From Girardia tigrina (lineage: Eukaryota): a stretch of 64,000 bases of DNA. Of the stretch, positions 1-14,506 are shown piece by piece (position 1 is the stretch's first letter; each line of letters opens with the position of its first letter). Both the position numbers and the translations under genes were made by a program. The notes beneath the pieces are model-generated. The model was not told the DNA's origin. It saw nothing but the letters and a program-made list of their open reading frames with translations, and made no database searches. The stretch lies in the NCBI GenBank assembly GCA_001938485.1, contig MQRK01193035.1, positions 27,862 through 91,861 on the forward strand, in the 5' to 3' direction.

Positions 1-1404
1 CCGGATCCAAAATCCCCTGGATTTTCATAATCATCTTGAACTTTTTCTTCCAAATTTCAAAACTGCCGTTTCCATTAAATTTCTCCAAATGATCGAGTAT
101 AATTTTTAAATCGCTTATTGCCCGGATAGCTTGTAACAACGAATCACAAATCTATTAAAATTTATTTTTCACTAACAATACTTTCAAAATAGATATTATT
201 TAAACAAATAATTATCTATATTTTTTCATGTTAAATATTTCATTTAAGAAATAAATTTAACATGTAACATATATCTATATAATAAATATGATAATAAATA
301 ATTACATAAAAATTGTGAAAATACTAAATTACAAAATACTGATATGTTATTTATTAAAATTGTTATTTTTACGAATTGAATTTATTATTTTTATAAATTA
401 CATTAATTTTACGGAATTGCATTTCAATATTTTATTTGATTTAGTTTAAAACAAATTTTAACATTTACATAATTTAACTAAAAATAATTACTTTGCAATG
501 TTTCAATTTATATTATTTTACTACAAATATCTCAAATTTATTCACATTTTAAAATATCATTATTGTGCTAATTTTAACAATCTATTTTTTGTAAAATGTT
601 TTTAATTAGTGTTATATTAATTTAAACTTCCTGAATTTTTTCATTTAGATCTAATTCTTAAACTTGAATTAATAACATTTGGATTTAACTTTAAATTTCG
701 AGAGAGAAATATCGAATGACTCACTCTGATTGGTCAACTAATCAGCTTCTGGAATATCAAACATGATCATGGTTGATTGTCTTTAGACAAGGAGAGAATG
801 AACATTTTAAATATAAATAAATAGTTGTGATTTCCAAAATATGAATAAATATTCATTTAAATTTAAAAAAACTACAAATAAAATATTTTTTGCGTGAAAG
901 AAGCGTTTTTAAAAGAAGCAAAATAAGACAATTAACTACTAATTATTTCAGAAACCTCAAATGTGTAAAAAAATCTTTGAATTTTATGCAAACGGAGGTC
1001 AAGATATTTGAGCATCTATGTAAATTGATAGATTGATCAAAAAACAAGTTTTTATGGACACAGGTATGCGACGTAGAGTTTGTAGCGTAGCTTTAACTAC
1101 ACAACTGATTCTAGGATTCCTAGATTTCGAGAAATAAATTATTTTGCAACCAGATTCCATGTTTGACACTATTGGAGTAGTATTACTCTAGAGAAACAAG
1201 AATGGATGTCAGAAGCTTACTGTACATGAAGGTACTCTTTGTACAATCATGACAAATTGTTCTGTATAACTCGGAAAAAGTTGTTGACGATGTATTAGTT
1301 TAATGAACATTATTTTAATCATTATTATATGGAAAGAGATTACATATCATACCTTCTGAACGGATTACAATTACATTTTTTGAAAACAAAAATACCTTTT
1401 ATAG

Positions 1405-1481
1405 TTTCAGACATCGATAAATTACCTATCAAGTCAAGACATATGACTTTGATCTCGGAATCTCTAGGACGAGGTGCCTTT
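1405..1481 (+). pseudogene. Possible receptor tyrosine kinase fragment (kinase subdomain I)
   Basis: Exon-like piece after tttcag reads DIDKLPIKSRHMTLISESLGRGAF, resembling the LGxGAFG glycine-rich loop and the juxtamembrane stretch before it. It breaks off immediately afterwards. Confidence 0.25.
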
Positions 1482-3149
1482 TTACCGGGAGACATATCGA
1501 CTAATTTCACAAAAAATTAGAAAGGACACCACTCCTTTTCGATATTGAATTGTCAATTGCATTACTCCCGTTACAATAATTAATAATAGATAATAATCGA
1601 CAGCAAAGGATAATAAGTTGATTTAAATAGATCATATCATCCTGACCATCAATCGAGTGATTAATTTGTGATTCAAATTCACTTATGATTATTTGAAAAA
1701 TTTCTCCAATGAAAAACAACTCAAAGAGGGTGGTTAAATCGTTTAATTAAAAAGCATTAAACATTAATGCGGAACAACGCAGAAATTTTTACACTTTTTA
1801 CAATATCACAAATAAGCAATTTTGTTCAATAGTTCAATTTCGCTGAAAAAATGGTAAAATAAAATTATGACATTATTTAACGGAATGAAATAAAAAGCAG
1901 GTACATATCCTTGACAGCTATTCGGAAGCATAATGACGTAACTCTAAATGATGCCATAATGAAAAAAAATGGATCTTGAAATTTAGAGAAACAAAACAAA
2001 TGCATAGAGATTGAGGGAAGACATTCGAGTCTGTGATAATTAAAGAGATGACAACATCATTAAAACATTAAAATGTGTTATTCGAGCCCATGAGATCACA
2101 ATTTGAATGGAATAGTATAGAGACAATTTTTGACAAACAGAAAATATTTAAATGCGTTTCTGCATGTAGTGAACACAATTTTCAAATTAAAATTGTGTAA
2201 ACGAAATATAAATAATAAAAAGTTAATTTTTGAAAACTTACCCACTTTTAAATTTTAATTTTTTTAACAGTTAATCTTAAATTACTTTTTCGGTCATCTT
2301 CAAATTTTTAAATTGAAATTAATCGAGCACAAAAATTTAATAATTAATTTTCAATCAATTTTTGTAAAAAAATAATCATGTTTGAATAATCGTTTATTGT
2401 ACTAAATATATTTTTGCTCATGTTTGTCAATTTAATTTGTTTATCGGCAAACTGCACGTGTAGTCCCTTCCACGATATTGCAGTGAAAAACAAAGCCAGA
2501 CTTGGGAGTTCTGCTACCAGAAATATAATTTACACTCAACGCAATATTTCAAAAGTCAATAGACAAGAGTTCAGTGGAATTTATTATTGGTAAAAGAAAA
2601 TGCTGAGAAAGTTAACATAGTCTATGTAAGGAATAACTAGAAATACACATATTAATATTTATTTATAAAAAATAGTCTTTAAAAGTTACACCAATTCTGA
2701 ATATTCAAACAAAATTAATGTATCCACAATAATTATTTGTTTATTAATAGTAAGTTTTTATTTAGTTATAAGCATATTTTTGAACCATTTTTATTTGATA
2801 TTATTTATTTAATTATAAATTCGTTTTACTTTTGTTAATTATATATCTCAGTTTAGCTATCAAGATGAATCAGAAAAACAATTCTAAAGAGCTACCTGTG
2901 AGGAGAAAATCTGAAACTGGATATGGAAGTCAAGGTGAAAACCAAAATAAAGGAAAAAGAAAAATATTGTTGTCGGAAAGAATAAAGTCGCACGCGAAAT
3001 ATATATGTTTGAAATTAAATCACAATCAGCAGTTTATTCATTTAAATAAATGAATTATTAATTCATATTACACGCCCCCAGGCCCTCAGGACACACAGAC
3101 ATACTGAGTCTGAGCAAGGGGATATTCGATCTCCACTTCTTTGAGCACT

Positions 3150-3963
3150 CTTACAGACATAATCATAAAAATGCACTGGTCGACGCCGTTCATGAGACAC
3201 CGTTAATGTGGTGTTAGAGGAGGAAATCAAAATATAACTTGTTGAATGAACATTCTCAATATTATTAAAAGACAGCTGCACACTGGCATTTACATTGACA
3301 TATTGGACAAAGAGAAAAATTTGTTTTTGAAACGAGGATCCATCATTTTTGCCCAGTGTACAATCGTTCTTGTTGAATGTTAGAAAAATGTTTACTGAGT
3401 GAGTTCAGAAAAGTTGAGTACATTTATTTTTGCCACTTGTCATTTTCTTCTTTTGTCAGGTTGTGACATAAAACATCAACTAAAAACAAGTAAAATACGT
3501 GTAGCTTCTGCACTAACCTCACGTGTACATTCTTCGAAAAGAGCTAGAGCTGATACTTCAGTTTCAGATATAGTCCATTAGCATTAGCACTATCTAACTC
3601 AGAACAGTAGACACTAAGCACAAGGTATTGCTCACACAAACAACTAAGCATATAATATGTCAAAGTCCAACGTGTGCTTACGTATTGCAACAGCTGATGT
3701 TGCACTATACTAAGTTAAACAAAGAATGATTATGGAGGAGTGGTTAAACAAAGAATGCAATGAAGTTCATTGCATATTTACTAGAAGCATTCATTTTTCA
3801 ACACATTTCTTTTAATTGTTTTTTATGATCATTTGTACATTTGTATACCTATACAAAATCCTGCTCAAAAACGGTCAAATTGTGACCGTAGCCGGAACTG
3901 GATTTATAAAAAGGACCAAAACCGGCTCTGGCCGGATTTAAGCCGGATTCCGGAACAGCCGTA
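3150..3963 (-). mobile_element. Degenerate hAT transposon remnant with one terminus
   Basis: Minus-strand hAT motifs: (C)xxHTLD near 3670, FEECTREVSAE near 3520, MMDPRFK near 3335. The terminus at about 3890-3963 carries CCGG-rich subterminal repeats. Confidence 0.6.
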
Positions 3964-6619
3964 GTTTAAATGAAATGGTTTTTCAAGAGACTGCTAAGAA
4001 GGATTAATTAAATATCAACATTTGTACACTAGAATAATACTGTATATTTAATAGGAAGATAAGAAGTTTTTATGATTGTTCCTTGAATATGATTTTATTA
4101 TTTTCAGGGACTTAAGATATTTTAGAGTTTACCATGTCACTATTAATTTTAGAACCTCTAACTTCGATTGATAAACGCTATAAATGATAAATAAATAAAT
4201 GTATATATTTATTTAAAAAAACAAAATTTATATAATTAGTCTTTAATTTAAAGAAAACATTTATAAAACTATAATTAATTATTAATAACTGCAGCCTGTT
4301 AAATCATTCTAATTCTCATACGGGGAATACAGTCAAACTGCGCGCATCAACGGACAGACTAAATTCGATATTTTATCAAATCTCAAAAAATTAACATACG
4401 CAAGTCATGTATAAATTTTTAAAATAATTATCATAATTATTTTTTTTAAATTGATTATCAAATTTTTTATGATTAAAAAAATATAATTATCCTTTATTAC
4501 ATTTAAAAAAATATATATATTTAAAAATCAAATTATTCGAAAAATATTTTTTAATTATTTAAAAGTAAAATAATTAATTTAAAATAAAAATTAAAAAAAA
4601 TATAATATTTAGTCAATTGTATTAATGAATTAATTAATTTCTATTTCGACCATATATTTCATTAATGATTAATACTAAATAATTTTCAATAAAAATTTGA
4701 TAAAATAAATCGTAATTAATTTAAATAAAATATAAAAAATATCATTTTTCATTGTAATAAAATAAATGAATTTTTTTAGATAATAATCAAAAATTAATCA
4801 AATAATTCATAACTTGCTTTTTTTTCCAAATTTGAAGTGAAATTAATTTTTTCTGACAAATTTCTTAGCGAAATTTAAGCAGTTAAATTTTTATTAAATG
4901 GAAATTTAGAAATTGATATTTTTATAGAAACAATTGAAGAACAAAAATATTGAATATTACATACAAATAGAATTTAATTTTATTAATTTAAAATTTATTA
5001 AATTTTACAAATTAAATTGAAAGAAAAATTAAATAGATTGATTTTTGAGAAATAATTAAATTAACGAGAAATTTGTTAAAATATGTGTACTATTAGTGGT
5101 TCTTGGAACATCGTCGGAATTATTAGTAGCAGACATTAAAACTTTTATTATACCACAAAAAATGTTTAAATGGAATATTTAAACAAATTTATTTTTTTGA
5201 GAAACAATTTGTTTTATAAATCTTAAACCGATATTAGATAAAAATACATATAAATATTCATATTTGATTTTTTTATTACTTCTATAATCACTTTTAAATT
5301 ACGATAACACTTTAAAATATTTAATCGTTTCATTTAATTTTATTACTTTTTTAAAATCGTTTCACATTAAAGTTATACACTATTTTTACTTTTTATATTA
5401 TATTAAAACTCAAAAAAATTTTATTTGCAATTTGATTGATCTTCTTAATTTTAGTAATTTTATTTTTTCGAATGTTACATATTTAATTATATAAAAATTT
5501 TAATTTGTACATATTTAATATAACCTTCTTTCAAAAATTTTCCTAACATATTTAATGCCTAACATGTACTATTGTCATTTATAAAGTTGTTCGATAAACA
5601 CGACTTGAGAAATCTCTGATAATGAGAATGGCATAAATGCGACTGACACACAAAATTTAATTTGGTTATAATTATAATTTATTTCTACAATAATTCTTCT
5701 TAATTGAAAATACTTCATCGTTCTTAGAATATTTTAAAAATTAACAGCAAAAGTCTCTTGACACTTAAGTGCAGGTTTGATAAATTAGCATTCAATTATA
5801 TTTTGATTTTTTACTTTTAATTTAAGATATAAAATGTGTTATGAATGAGGAGATTAATCTGTTTTTAATTATATTTAATTTTCTGCTTTTATGATAATAA
5901 TCTCTTTGTGGGATGGATTAAAAAATCTAAATATAAATGAAAAGTTTTAAAATATGTGGCGAAACAAAACATTTAAATGTAACTGCTCCTCTTACTGTAC
6001 CATTGATGTTTCTAAAGTTAATTATAAGCAGAACATTCTCTCGAAATTATAATAATAATAATAATTCATAATGCGGTTCTACATTTAAAATTTTTATTTC
6101 TGCAATTAATTTCTGTAGATTGTCCGTAAACTTCAGACTAAAGTTAACAATTAGTTTTGTAGCTTATATAAAGAAGTAATGATTGTATAACCATCAGTTT
6201 CAATTTGATGTTCAGCAGAGAAATTGAGTGTTATGCTTAGATATAAATTTTCGTAGCCATTGATCTTATAAATAAAACCTCCCGTGACACTCACCTAAGA
6301 ATCTTTAAATCTATTACACAAACTTTTAAAATTACTTTTTCTCTACTTTAAAAATTTATGTTATATTCAGTAATTGCTCCAATTATCGTCTAATAATCGT
6401 CCTTAATAGGAAATTATAGGAAATCTGTAAAAAGTAAGTGAAGTTACATTAATTATAAGTATATTTATAAATGAGATCCAAACAAAAATTACAAATACAA
6501 AATCAAATCAAAATTATGGTTAGAAGTGTATTCAAAATGTCTCACAACTAGTCAATTTATAATAGACTAAATACAAATTTATACTTTTTTGTTTGACACT
6601 TAGGTCACTTTTCAACGAC

Positions 6620-7950
6620 TTTTCTGAGGATGATTCAATCGAAGTACAATAAGGACAACCCCTTTTCCCTGACTGGGCGTGTCTCTCAGTTAGATTGATG
6701 TGAGCAGCGTCATCTTCTTTTTACAGTCTTGAGGCGTCATCGAACATTGTTCCTTCTATCTCTATAGAAACAAATCTATTTCTATAGGGATACCAAAAGC
6801 GATTGAGGTTACATTACACTTCACTCCACATTAACCGCAGTAAGGATTTTCTCACCTCCGATTCACCGGTTCTTTACTCTCGAGTCGCTTTGCCAATCTC
6901 TCTTCAATGTACACTATACACTATCTCATGACATCGTCCCATCGGTCGTGGCAGGCAATTTTCTTTAAGAACCTGTCGCCAACTCAAAAATGATTCATCA
7001 GTTAACCAACCCAGGAAAAGAATTTCCGTCGGGTTGAACTATCCAGAAATTCTAGCACCTTGTAGTTCCGATGTCAGCTCAGTACACTTTCAGCCTCCCT
7101 CACAGCAATTCCGACCACTCTGCTTCCATTAATCTTCAATGGCAGCTTTGTTTAGAACCTGAAACTATTAAAAACAACCATCACACGCTTTGATGACATT
7201 TTGCTGGTATCAACTATGATGTCCTCGTAATACGCATTTGCAGCCCTCGCCAACTGTGGATCCGTCCTTTGAATGTGGTTCATAAAGTGCCACGTAATTT
7301 TCGGGGCCACATTCAAACCGAAACCAAGTAACGTCAGGCTAGTCCCTTAATAGCCTTACAGGCTCTGATTAGCCATGCTCTGAAGGTTATCCACTATTAA
7401 GTCGATTATTTCGAGTGACTTGAACATTCTTCTCCCCTTACACAGCTTTTTACGCAAAGCAGTCCCTCTGCAGTGTATCTAGACAGGAACTTGTGAATGT
7501 CTTTTGTTTTTTCTTACATTCTAATAGCTCCTGGTTTATCTCTTCTTCATACTTCTTGGCTGTTGAGTAAACGGTGGCTTCATGTATTAACTGTCGCGGT
7601 TTTTCACCACTCTTCAACTTCCACTCTACTATCTACTAGTAGTCATCGAACTCGGCTGGAACTTTGGTGCTTTTGATCTGCTTCTGCTCTTTGCTCGATA
7701 GTCCCAATTTTGAGGCGTCACCTCTGTTTTGCACCCATACATCCCCAACATTGTCCATACTAAATAGAATCTCGACCTTTAACCTGAAAACTTCCGGCAT
7801 GTTTAAAATGCGTGGCATTCAATACGCTTTGAGCAACATTTGATCGGTACAGACGCTCTAAACTCACCACCAAGCGTCCATTACTTCATCCATTTCTCAA
7901 GTTAGCAGTTTTTTCTGGCGGAACCTCCGCATTCGTTACAACTGTTGTCA
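6620..7950 (-). mobile_element. Degenerate Ty3/Gypsy pol remnant (RT, RNase H)
   Basis: LTLLGFGLNVAPKI...NAYYEDIIVD (RT, decayed YxDD) at about 7210-7340; DDASRL*KEDDAAHINLTE (RNase H) at about 6690-6745. Many stops and frameshifts. Confidence 0.8.
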
Positions 7951-7957
7951 AACAGCT

Positions 7958-8310
7958 TATGAGGGGTTAATTTTAATTTTTTATCTCGCCTGAATAGTTT
8001 ATTATTTTTTAATTTAAAGGGTAAAATATTTTTATATTAATTTGCTTGTTAAATATTTTTAAAAATTAAAAATNNNNNNNNNNNNNNNNNNNNNNNNNNN
8101 NNNNNNNNNNNNNNNNNNNNNNNNNNNNNNNNNNNNNNNNNNNNNNNNNNNNNNNNNNNNNNNNNNNNNNNNNNNNNNNNNNNNNNNNNNNNNNNTAATT
8201 AAATTAAATTAACAGGAAAATTTGTTTTAGAAATGTGAATTGTTATATTAATAAAATTTTGGTGTTTAAAAAAATGAATTCGGATATAGACGTTGCAACC
8301 ACTTCTCACA
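7958..8310 (+). mobile_element. Solo LTR, family B (TATGAG...CTCACA)
   Basis: Perfect 5-bp TSD CAGCT at 7953-7957 and 8311-8315; AATAAA near the 3' end; near-identical inverted copy at 26880-27195. Confidence 0.75.
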
Positions 8311-8584
8311 CAGCTAATGTCGACTGTTAGGGGTTCTTTTTGCGGAACGGTAAATTTTTGATATTTTAAATAAAAAATCATATTTATATTTGAGATAAAT
8401 TAAAATAATGTTTTACTAACTAAAATGAAATAAATTTTTATAAAAAAATTTAAGTTTATAGATAATATTTTACTAATTAAATTGAAACAACTTTTTTTAT
8501 AAAAAATTAGGTTTTAAAAAAAATTACAATTAAAATAACTGATTCGGAGTAAAAGAATATTGTAAAGAAGATTTTGAAGGTAAC

Positions 8585-9114
8585 TGTGAGGAATATTTTA
8601 AATTTGGTATGTTGAAATTGGTTTGTCGAATTTCGTATGTTGAGTTTAGTATTTGGAAATGTGTTTCTCCCACCCAGATGGAAAATTGATATTTTGGATG
8701 TTCACGATAAATAATTATTCGAGTATAATTTATATTCTAAAGTACAGTATAAGATATTTAAAAACATTAAAAATATTAAATCTTTTCAAATCTTCATATT
8801 AAAATTTAAATAAAATAAATAGTTTTAACTAAGTTTAGAATTAATTAAATATTCTTTCTTTACATAAAATAATTTTTAAATAAAATTAATATGTAAATAA
8901 AAATTAATACTAAAACGACAAAATTGAACTTTAAAAATAAAATCAGAAAATAATGAAAAATTTGTTCGAATAATTGTTTATTAACAAACATTAATAAAAA
9001 ATTATCAATTTAGAACGATGTCGAATGACGAGAGTTTCGCTGAGAGTTGTCCAAAAGACAATTCTGATTGTAATGAAAATAAAAGTTTGAAAACCCATGT
9101 TGGTGTTCTTAATA
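8585..9114 (+). mobile_element. Solo LTR, family A (TGTGAG...CTTAATA)
   Basis: Perfect 5-bp TSD GTAAC at 8580-8584 and 9115-9119; AATAAA near 9078; homologous to 15304-15833 and to the LTR at 27986, which is followed by a PBS and gag. Confidence 0.85.
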
Positions 9115-9357
9115 GTAACAATTTTTAAAATAAAAATCCTAATGTTTTATTAAAGTTAATTGTCTACGGAAATTCTTAATCAAAATAATTTATTATTGAA
9201 TGTTTTAAAATTAAAGAAAAAAATATTTAAGAATTGAAATTTTTGGACATGTCCATGAAAATAATGTTAAAGATCTAAAATTATATTTCAATTAATAAAC
9301 GTTGTAAAAATTAATAAAAGGAAAGCAAAATATGATTTATGCAAACTGAATAAAATA

Positions 9358-9389
<32 letters not shown>

Positions 9390-9529
9390 GTCGATATTAT
9401 TATTTATATTTAGAATTTTAAAAATCTGGTTTAAGTAACTGAAATATGGTTCCTTATAAATTTGTTTGAATAATGAAAGTTATATTAGAAATAAAGTTTG
9501 CGAATAATGACTTTGGAATTTAATCACGA

Positions 9530-10290
9530 ACCCAATATCGACTATCGCCATGACAGTCTCAATCCGCTTTTCCCACCGTGCCGGTTTTGCACTGCGAGCA
9601 TCCTCTTACAATTGGACCCGCTAGGCCGAAGTAGAAGCCTTATCGCTCCTACGGTGACCCTCAGTTTAAGTCTTGGACAACAGTGTACTAGGCGCGCCGC
9701 TTTTCTTTCACCCATCCTTCTGGAGAAGTAGTATCTCGACCCATCATTGTCTAATAATGGGGAAAGAGATAGAAGAAGGATCTTTGACTGTCCAGCGACC
9801 GTAATTTCTTCAGTGGGTTTGCCCTCTACCTTAACGTACAAGCGAGTCAACCGAATCAGTATGTACGAATCCAGCATTTTCCTTAGTGCCTCTATGTTTA
9901 TAATTCTCATCGCCACCTAGCGCAGAGCATTGATAAAAACTTTAAACATAAAAGCACCCCTAGTGTCTCCGTTGCCGCTGATTGCGGTAGCCGACTGTTT
10001 CAAGACCATATAGACGTCCACGCTCTCGCCGGACACAAGCCGTCGGGTAGCAAAACTCACTCGTGGGTTTAGATCGAAGGTTTCAGTAAGGGCGACGGAA
10101 CTCTTTTTAAAATTCTATAGCGTTTCCTTGTTAAAGCTCCGGAGCACGATCGAAGCCTCGTCCGGCAATGCCAGCAACAACATTGCTTGCTTGTTTTCCT
10201 TGAGCGGTTTTGAACACTCAAAAAATCACTCGAGCCACATTATTGAGCACATCATACACATGTACGATCTTCAACGTCTTCATTGATTTT
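9530..10290 (-). mobile_element. Degenerate Gypsy gag plus integrase fragments
   Basis: FATRRLVSGESVDVY gag-type motif at about 10010-10056; decayed (Y)RPSGxxxxER-like integrase segment at about 9600-9640. Confidence 0.6.
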
Positions 10291-10780
10291 CAAAATGCTA
10301 CGATTGCTTTTAGCATCAAAAAGAACGACGATCTATCTTTTTTATTTGTATTAACAACAATGTGCTTACAATTTCGCACTCACTCCTTTTCACTACAAAA
10401 CTTCGTAACACTACTAAACTAATTACTATAAACTAATTAAATAATTATTATCAAGCGAGTCAAAATATTAAGTAGTAGTCTTATCATTTCTGAATTTTTT
10501 TCACTAATTAATGAGATTTTATCGTTCAGAATAGTATTGAGCGCGATGGAGCTAGGTGTAAACTATTTGTATGATAAGATAAACTATTTAATGATAAAGT
10601 TAATAATGATAAACTATTTGTATCACAAATTGCCTGGTCTAAAGTAACTTTTATGATCTGACTTGTATTGACCAGAACATTGTATTTTTGAAATTACGAG
10701 GAGTTTAATTTTCAAATATAAAAAAATAATAATACCTATGGAAAAAATAGTTCCAGTTAGTTAATGTGAAGATCATTATA

Positions 10781-12198
10781 CTTAGGCTGTCCCAAAAGTC
10801 CTCAGGTGGGCTTTAACCAAATTTGGACTGAATATTATTCAGACTGTCATAAATACTGTGTTAAAATTTCAAAGCATAAAATTTGAAACTTACCAAAAAA
10901 TAATATTATTAACTAACAAAAAAATTAGATGTAGCGAATTTAAAAATTTATTTAAAAAAAAATATTTTAAAAATTTCTTAAGCAACAACATATTCAAAAT
11001 TGTTTTCAATACACACTGACAATGGTAGTAAGAATTAAAAAAAAGAATTTACAAGCTTCTTAAATTTCTACATGTGATTTGAAAACATGATTTTTAAAAC
11101 GTTTCTTCATTTTTGAAAACAAGAATTTGTCACACAGATTAAAATCTGGACTATAGGGCGATTGATAATTTTTTTCAATTTTTCTTCTTTCAAAAAAAGT
11201 TGTTTCTTTGCTATAACGAGGTCTTGCATTATCATGCCACCACTTAAGTTCCTTTAGCTTGATGCTGTTAGATGTAAGTTTCCGCCATTTTTCACCGGTG
11301 TCATGAACAAAGTTCACATACGCCTCGGAATCAATCTTGGTACCATATGGCAGTGCTTTTACATTAAAACGTTTGTTGCAGGTAAAGGTTACGAAAACAA
11401 GAGATTTTTTATCAGTCATTGACTATGGCTTTATCACTTTTGGTGGAAAAGCATTAGAAGGAATCCAAACTTTGCGATCTTCTTTCTTTCCTCTACCTTG
11501 GAAAAAGACCCATGTCTCATTCTTGATCGCTATGTTGGAATATGCTTCATCACCCATCTGTGAAATTACATGGCGTATATGCTTTGCAGTGTTAATGCGT
11601 TGTTGTTTATTAGAAGAAGAAAGTTCGTGAAGGACCCAAACAGAGCAAACTTTTTTTGTAATGAAGTTTTTCACGCTAAATTTTGTGGACTGTATTTTTG
11701 CCTAAAGAAAGTTCTCTTTCAATATAACGCAAAGACGCATTTGAAGCTTCATAAATCACTTCTTTGACTGCTTTAATCTTTTCATCGTCCATTAATGGCG
11801 GCCTGCCACTTCTTGATGAAACGTCGAAGGACGTCCGCTTTTTTTAAATCAGTCAACCATTGTTGAATAGTTTTCAGTGCTGGGTGATTTGCGTCTTCCC
11901 ATGCCTGCTGAAGTTGCTGAAGAATTTCTGAAGCAGAGAATTCTCTTTTACTTTGAGTTAGAACAAAAAANNNNNNNNNNNNNNNNNNNNNGTTCCATTG
12001 TTAAAAACCGCTTGATTTGAATTCGCTGCACTTTTAAAATTTCAATACTTTAATAAAACAAAATTTTACTTTTTTTTAATTTTATGCTTTGAAATTTTAA
12101 CACAGTATTTATGACAGTGTGAATAATATTCAGTCCAAATTTGGTTAAATATTAGTGTGTTTTTAAAGGCCACCTGAGGACTTTTGGGACATCCTAAG
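10781..12198 (-). mobile_element. Full-length mariner element with disrupted transposase and long TIRs
   Basis: TIRs starting CTTAGG(C/A)TGTCCCAAAAGTCCTCAGGTGG, flanked by TA at 10779-80 and 12199-200. Transposase fragments WVLHEL, NETWV, HDNARP and YSPDFNLCD lie in several frames; ATG at about 11998. Confidence 0.93.
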
Positions 12199-13945
12199 TA
12201 CAATAAATATATTTTTTGTATTTTTAATTCCGGCAAAAATGGTCAAAATAGCACAGGTTCTCATAAGATGATGAAATTATATTTTTATAGAATTCGTAAA
12301 ATAATTAATCGAAAGAGTCCTTTCAAGTTAAACTAAAGATAAAAAATGTTCATAATTAATAAATAATAAGAAATTTAAATTATAAACAAAAAATAAAAAT
12401 TATTATGAAAAATAGTAATATTATATTCAATTAAAATAATATTAATAATTAAATAAATTTAATTGTAAAAATTAAATAAATAATTTACATAAAATATAAA
12501 TAAAATTCTATTTTTGTCATCCAATAATTTAAATTCATATTCTTCAAAACAAAGTTTCAATAAAAAGGGAAATTCATTTAAATTTTGTTTCTTTCTCTAA
12601 AGGAAAATGATAAAAAAATTATTAATTCTTCCCAAACTAATTTGGGACAATTAAATTTTAAAAATGACAAATTATTAATAGTAAATATGAAAACAAAGGG
12701 AAAATGATTTTGCTAGAATTTGCTGTTCAGAATGCGTTAAATCCATAACCAATTTTTAAAAATAAAATAATTATATTATTTGGTTTTTTGTTCGTGTTCA
12801 GGATTTTTAATTTTTGTAAAAAAGCAAAACATGCTGATTTTAGACATTTAAGTACGTTTTTTCTGAAGTAAAAATAACATAAACTTTTTTTATTCTTGAA
12901 ATTTCTATTTAATATTGTTTTAATGTGTTGTTGCTAAGAGACTTTTGTGTATTCGTTTCATTTTTAACAATTTTCTAAAAAATTTTTATAATTTTGAGTT
13001 TTTATAAAGAAATGGTTAAGATTATTTTTAATTAATATTTTTAGAAATCAAATCTTTTAAAAAGATTTAAAAAATTGTTCGAATAATCATGATTAAAAAT
13101 AGAAATAACAAAACCAATCAGAGCAATGACAAAACGGTGAACGATTTTCGAGAGTTGTGATAACTCTAATACTGTATTATGCGTTACAAATGCAAGTATA
13201 AAAATACATTGAGTTCTCATTTTTATTGTTACCAATTGAAAGCGAGTTCTGGTACCGATAAACGACCGATTGATAAAATTAATTCTCATAATTTGTGGAA
13301 TATATACCGGGAGTAATCATGTGAATCACGAAATTCTACCAAAAGACGGGCTGATTTATTTGTGAATCTAGAATCCCGGTACAATCCAGAATACCATAGA
13401 TTACGGACCGAGCGGTACTGTAAATGGAAAACCATGGTGTAGTGACCAAAAATTCCCCCAATTTGAAATCGGAATAAATTTGGTGATTTTACTTCCGATA
13501 CTATATGAATTATGAATGAAATGAGCTAATCTTCGTTAAATTGTGGACGATTTGAGTTCGCATGATTCAAAATTAGAAAAATATAAATCAAAAACATTAT
13601 AAAAAATTCTGATGTAAATAAAAACCAATTCTAAAGACATTAAAAATTGTTCAGTTGTACATTGAGAATTGTGTAAAATTTTTTATATGTAAATTTTTAT
13701 GTAAAAAAGGAAATTTACAATGTGTAATTTTTTATTTATTATTTAATGTTAGTTTTTTTTAATTTACACAAATTGTTTAACTGATCTAATGAAATAAAAA
13801 TGTTAACACCGTTTTAAAAAAATCGATATTTAAAAGACTTAAAGAATAAATAAATCTTTAATCAAATTCTTGTTGTTCACTTAATCGGTCGGATAAGATC
13901 CGATTCATACAATAAAAAATATTAATAATCGATAACAATCGATTA

Positions 13946-14506
13946 ATGTCTAAATCAACATCTTTTCCACGGGAAAACAATCTCGTTTTTCATCCTTCAT
14001 CAACGAAATTACGATTTGGTCGTAGTAATGATCCCGAACCGACTATCATTCGCCATTGTATCGCTCGTAAAGTTAAATCATCATCGAACTGTAACATCGT
14101 CCGACAACCACTCATCTCCGACAATCGCTCGATGACGTCAATGAATACGAAATTCAACAACGCCATCAAACTGGCATCGATCGCCATGAAATCTACTCCG
14201 ATCGAATTGCTTCAACCGTTCAGAGAACAACTGACAATCGGCGAATCGATCCAAATGAACAAACAGCATTTAAAAATGGAAATCATTCCCGACAATTGTC
14301 CATCGTCATTCGATTCCAACCTTATCGCGCGAGGGTGTGATGGCGGCCCTATTGTATTTCAAAATGCGCCATCCAAAACCGGTAATTTAATTTTTATTAG
14401 AGCCGGTTCTGTCCCCCCATTTTGGCAGAAAGAACAACGTGGTTCAGGGCGTGCGTCCGCGCGCCAAGGGCAGCCTCTCACGCCCACATCATATTACATG
14501 GCATAA
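13946..14506 (+). CDS. Unassigned 186-aa ORF in a GC-richer island (coding strand uncertain)
   Basis: The ORF is open and the composition is coding-like, but no motif was recognised. An overlapping minus frame also looks protein-like, with two stops. Confidence 0.25.
   Translation: MSKSTSFPRENNLVFHPSSTKLRFGRSNDPEPTIIRHCIARKVKSSSNCNIVRQPLISDNRSMTSMNTKFNNAIKLASIAMKSTPIELLQPFREQLTIGESIQMNKQHLKMEIIPDNCPSSFDSNLIARGCDGGPIVFQNAPSKTGNLIFIRAGSVPPFWQKEQRGSGRASARQGQPLTPTSYYMA

Noticed and set aside
6620-6655. CTGAGGA..GAAG hammerhead-like string
   Set aside because: It has GAAG instead of GAAA, has weak stems, and lies at the edge of Gypsy RNase H coding sequence.
1560-13950. Shared minus-strand peptide RLLSIIN near 1590 and near 13930
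   Set aside because: Only 7 residues of AT-rich codons with unrelated flanks; likely chance.
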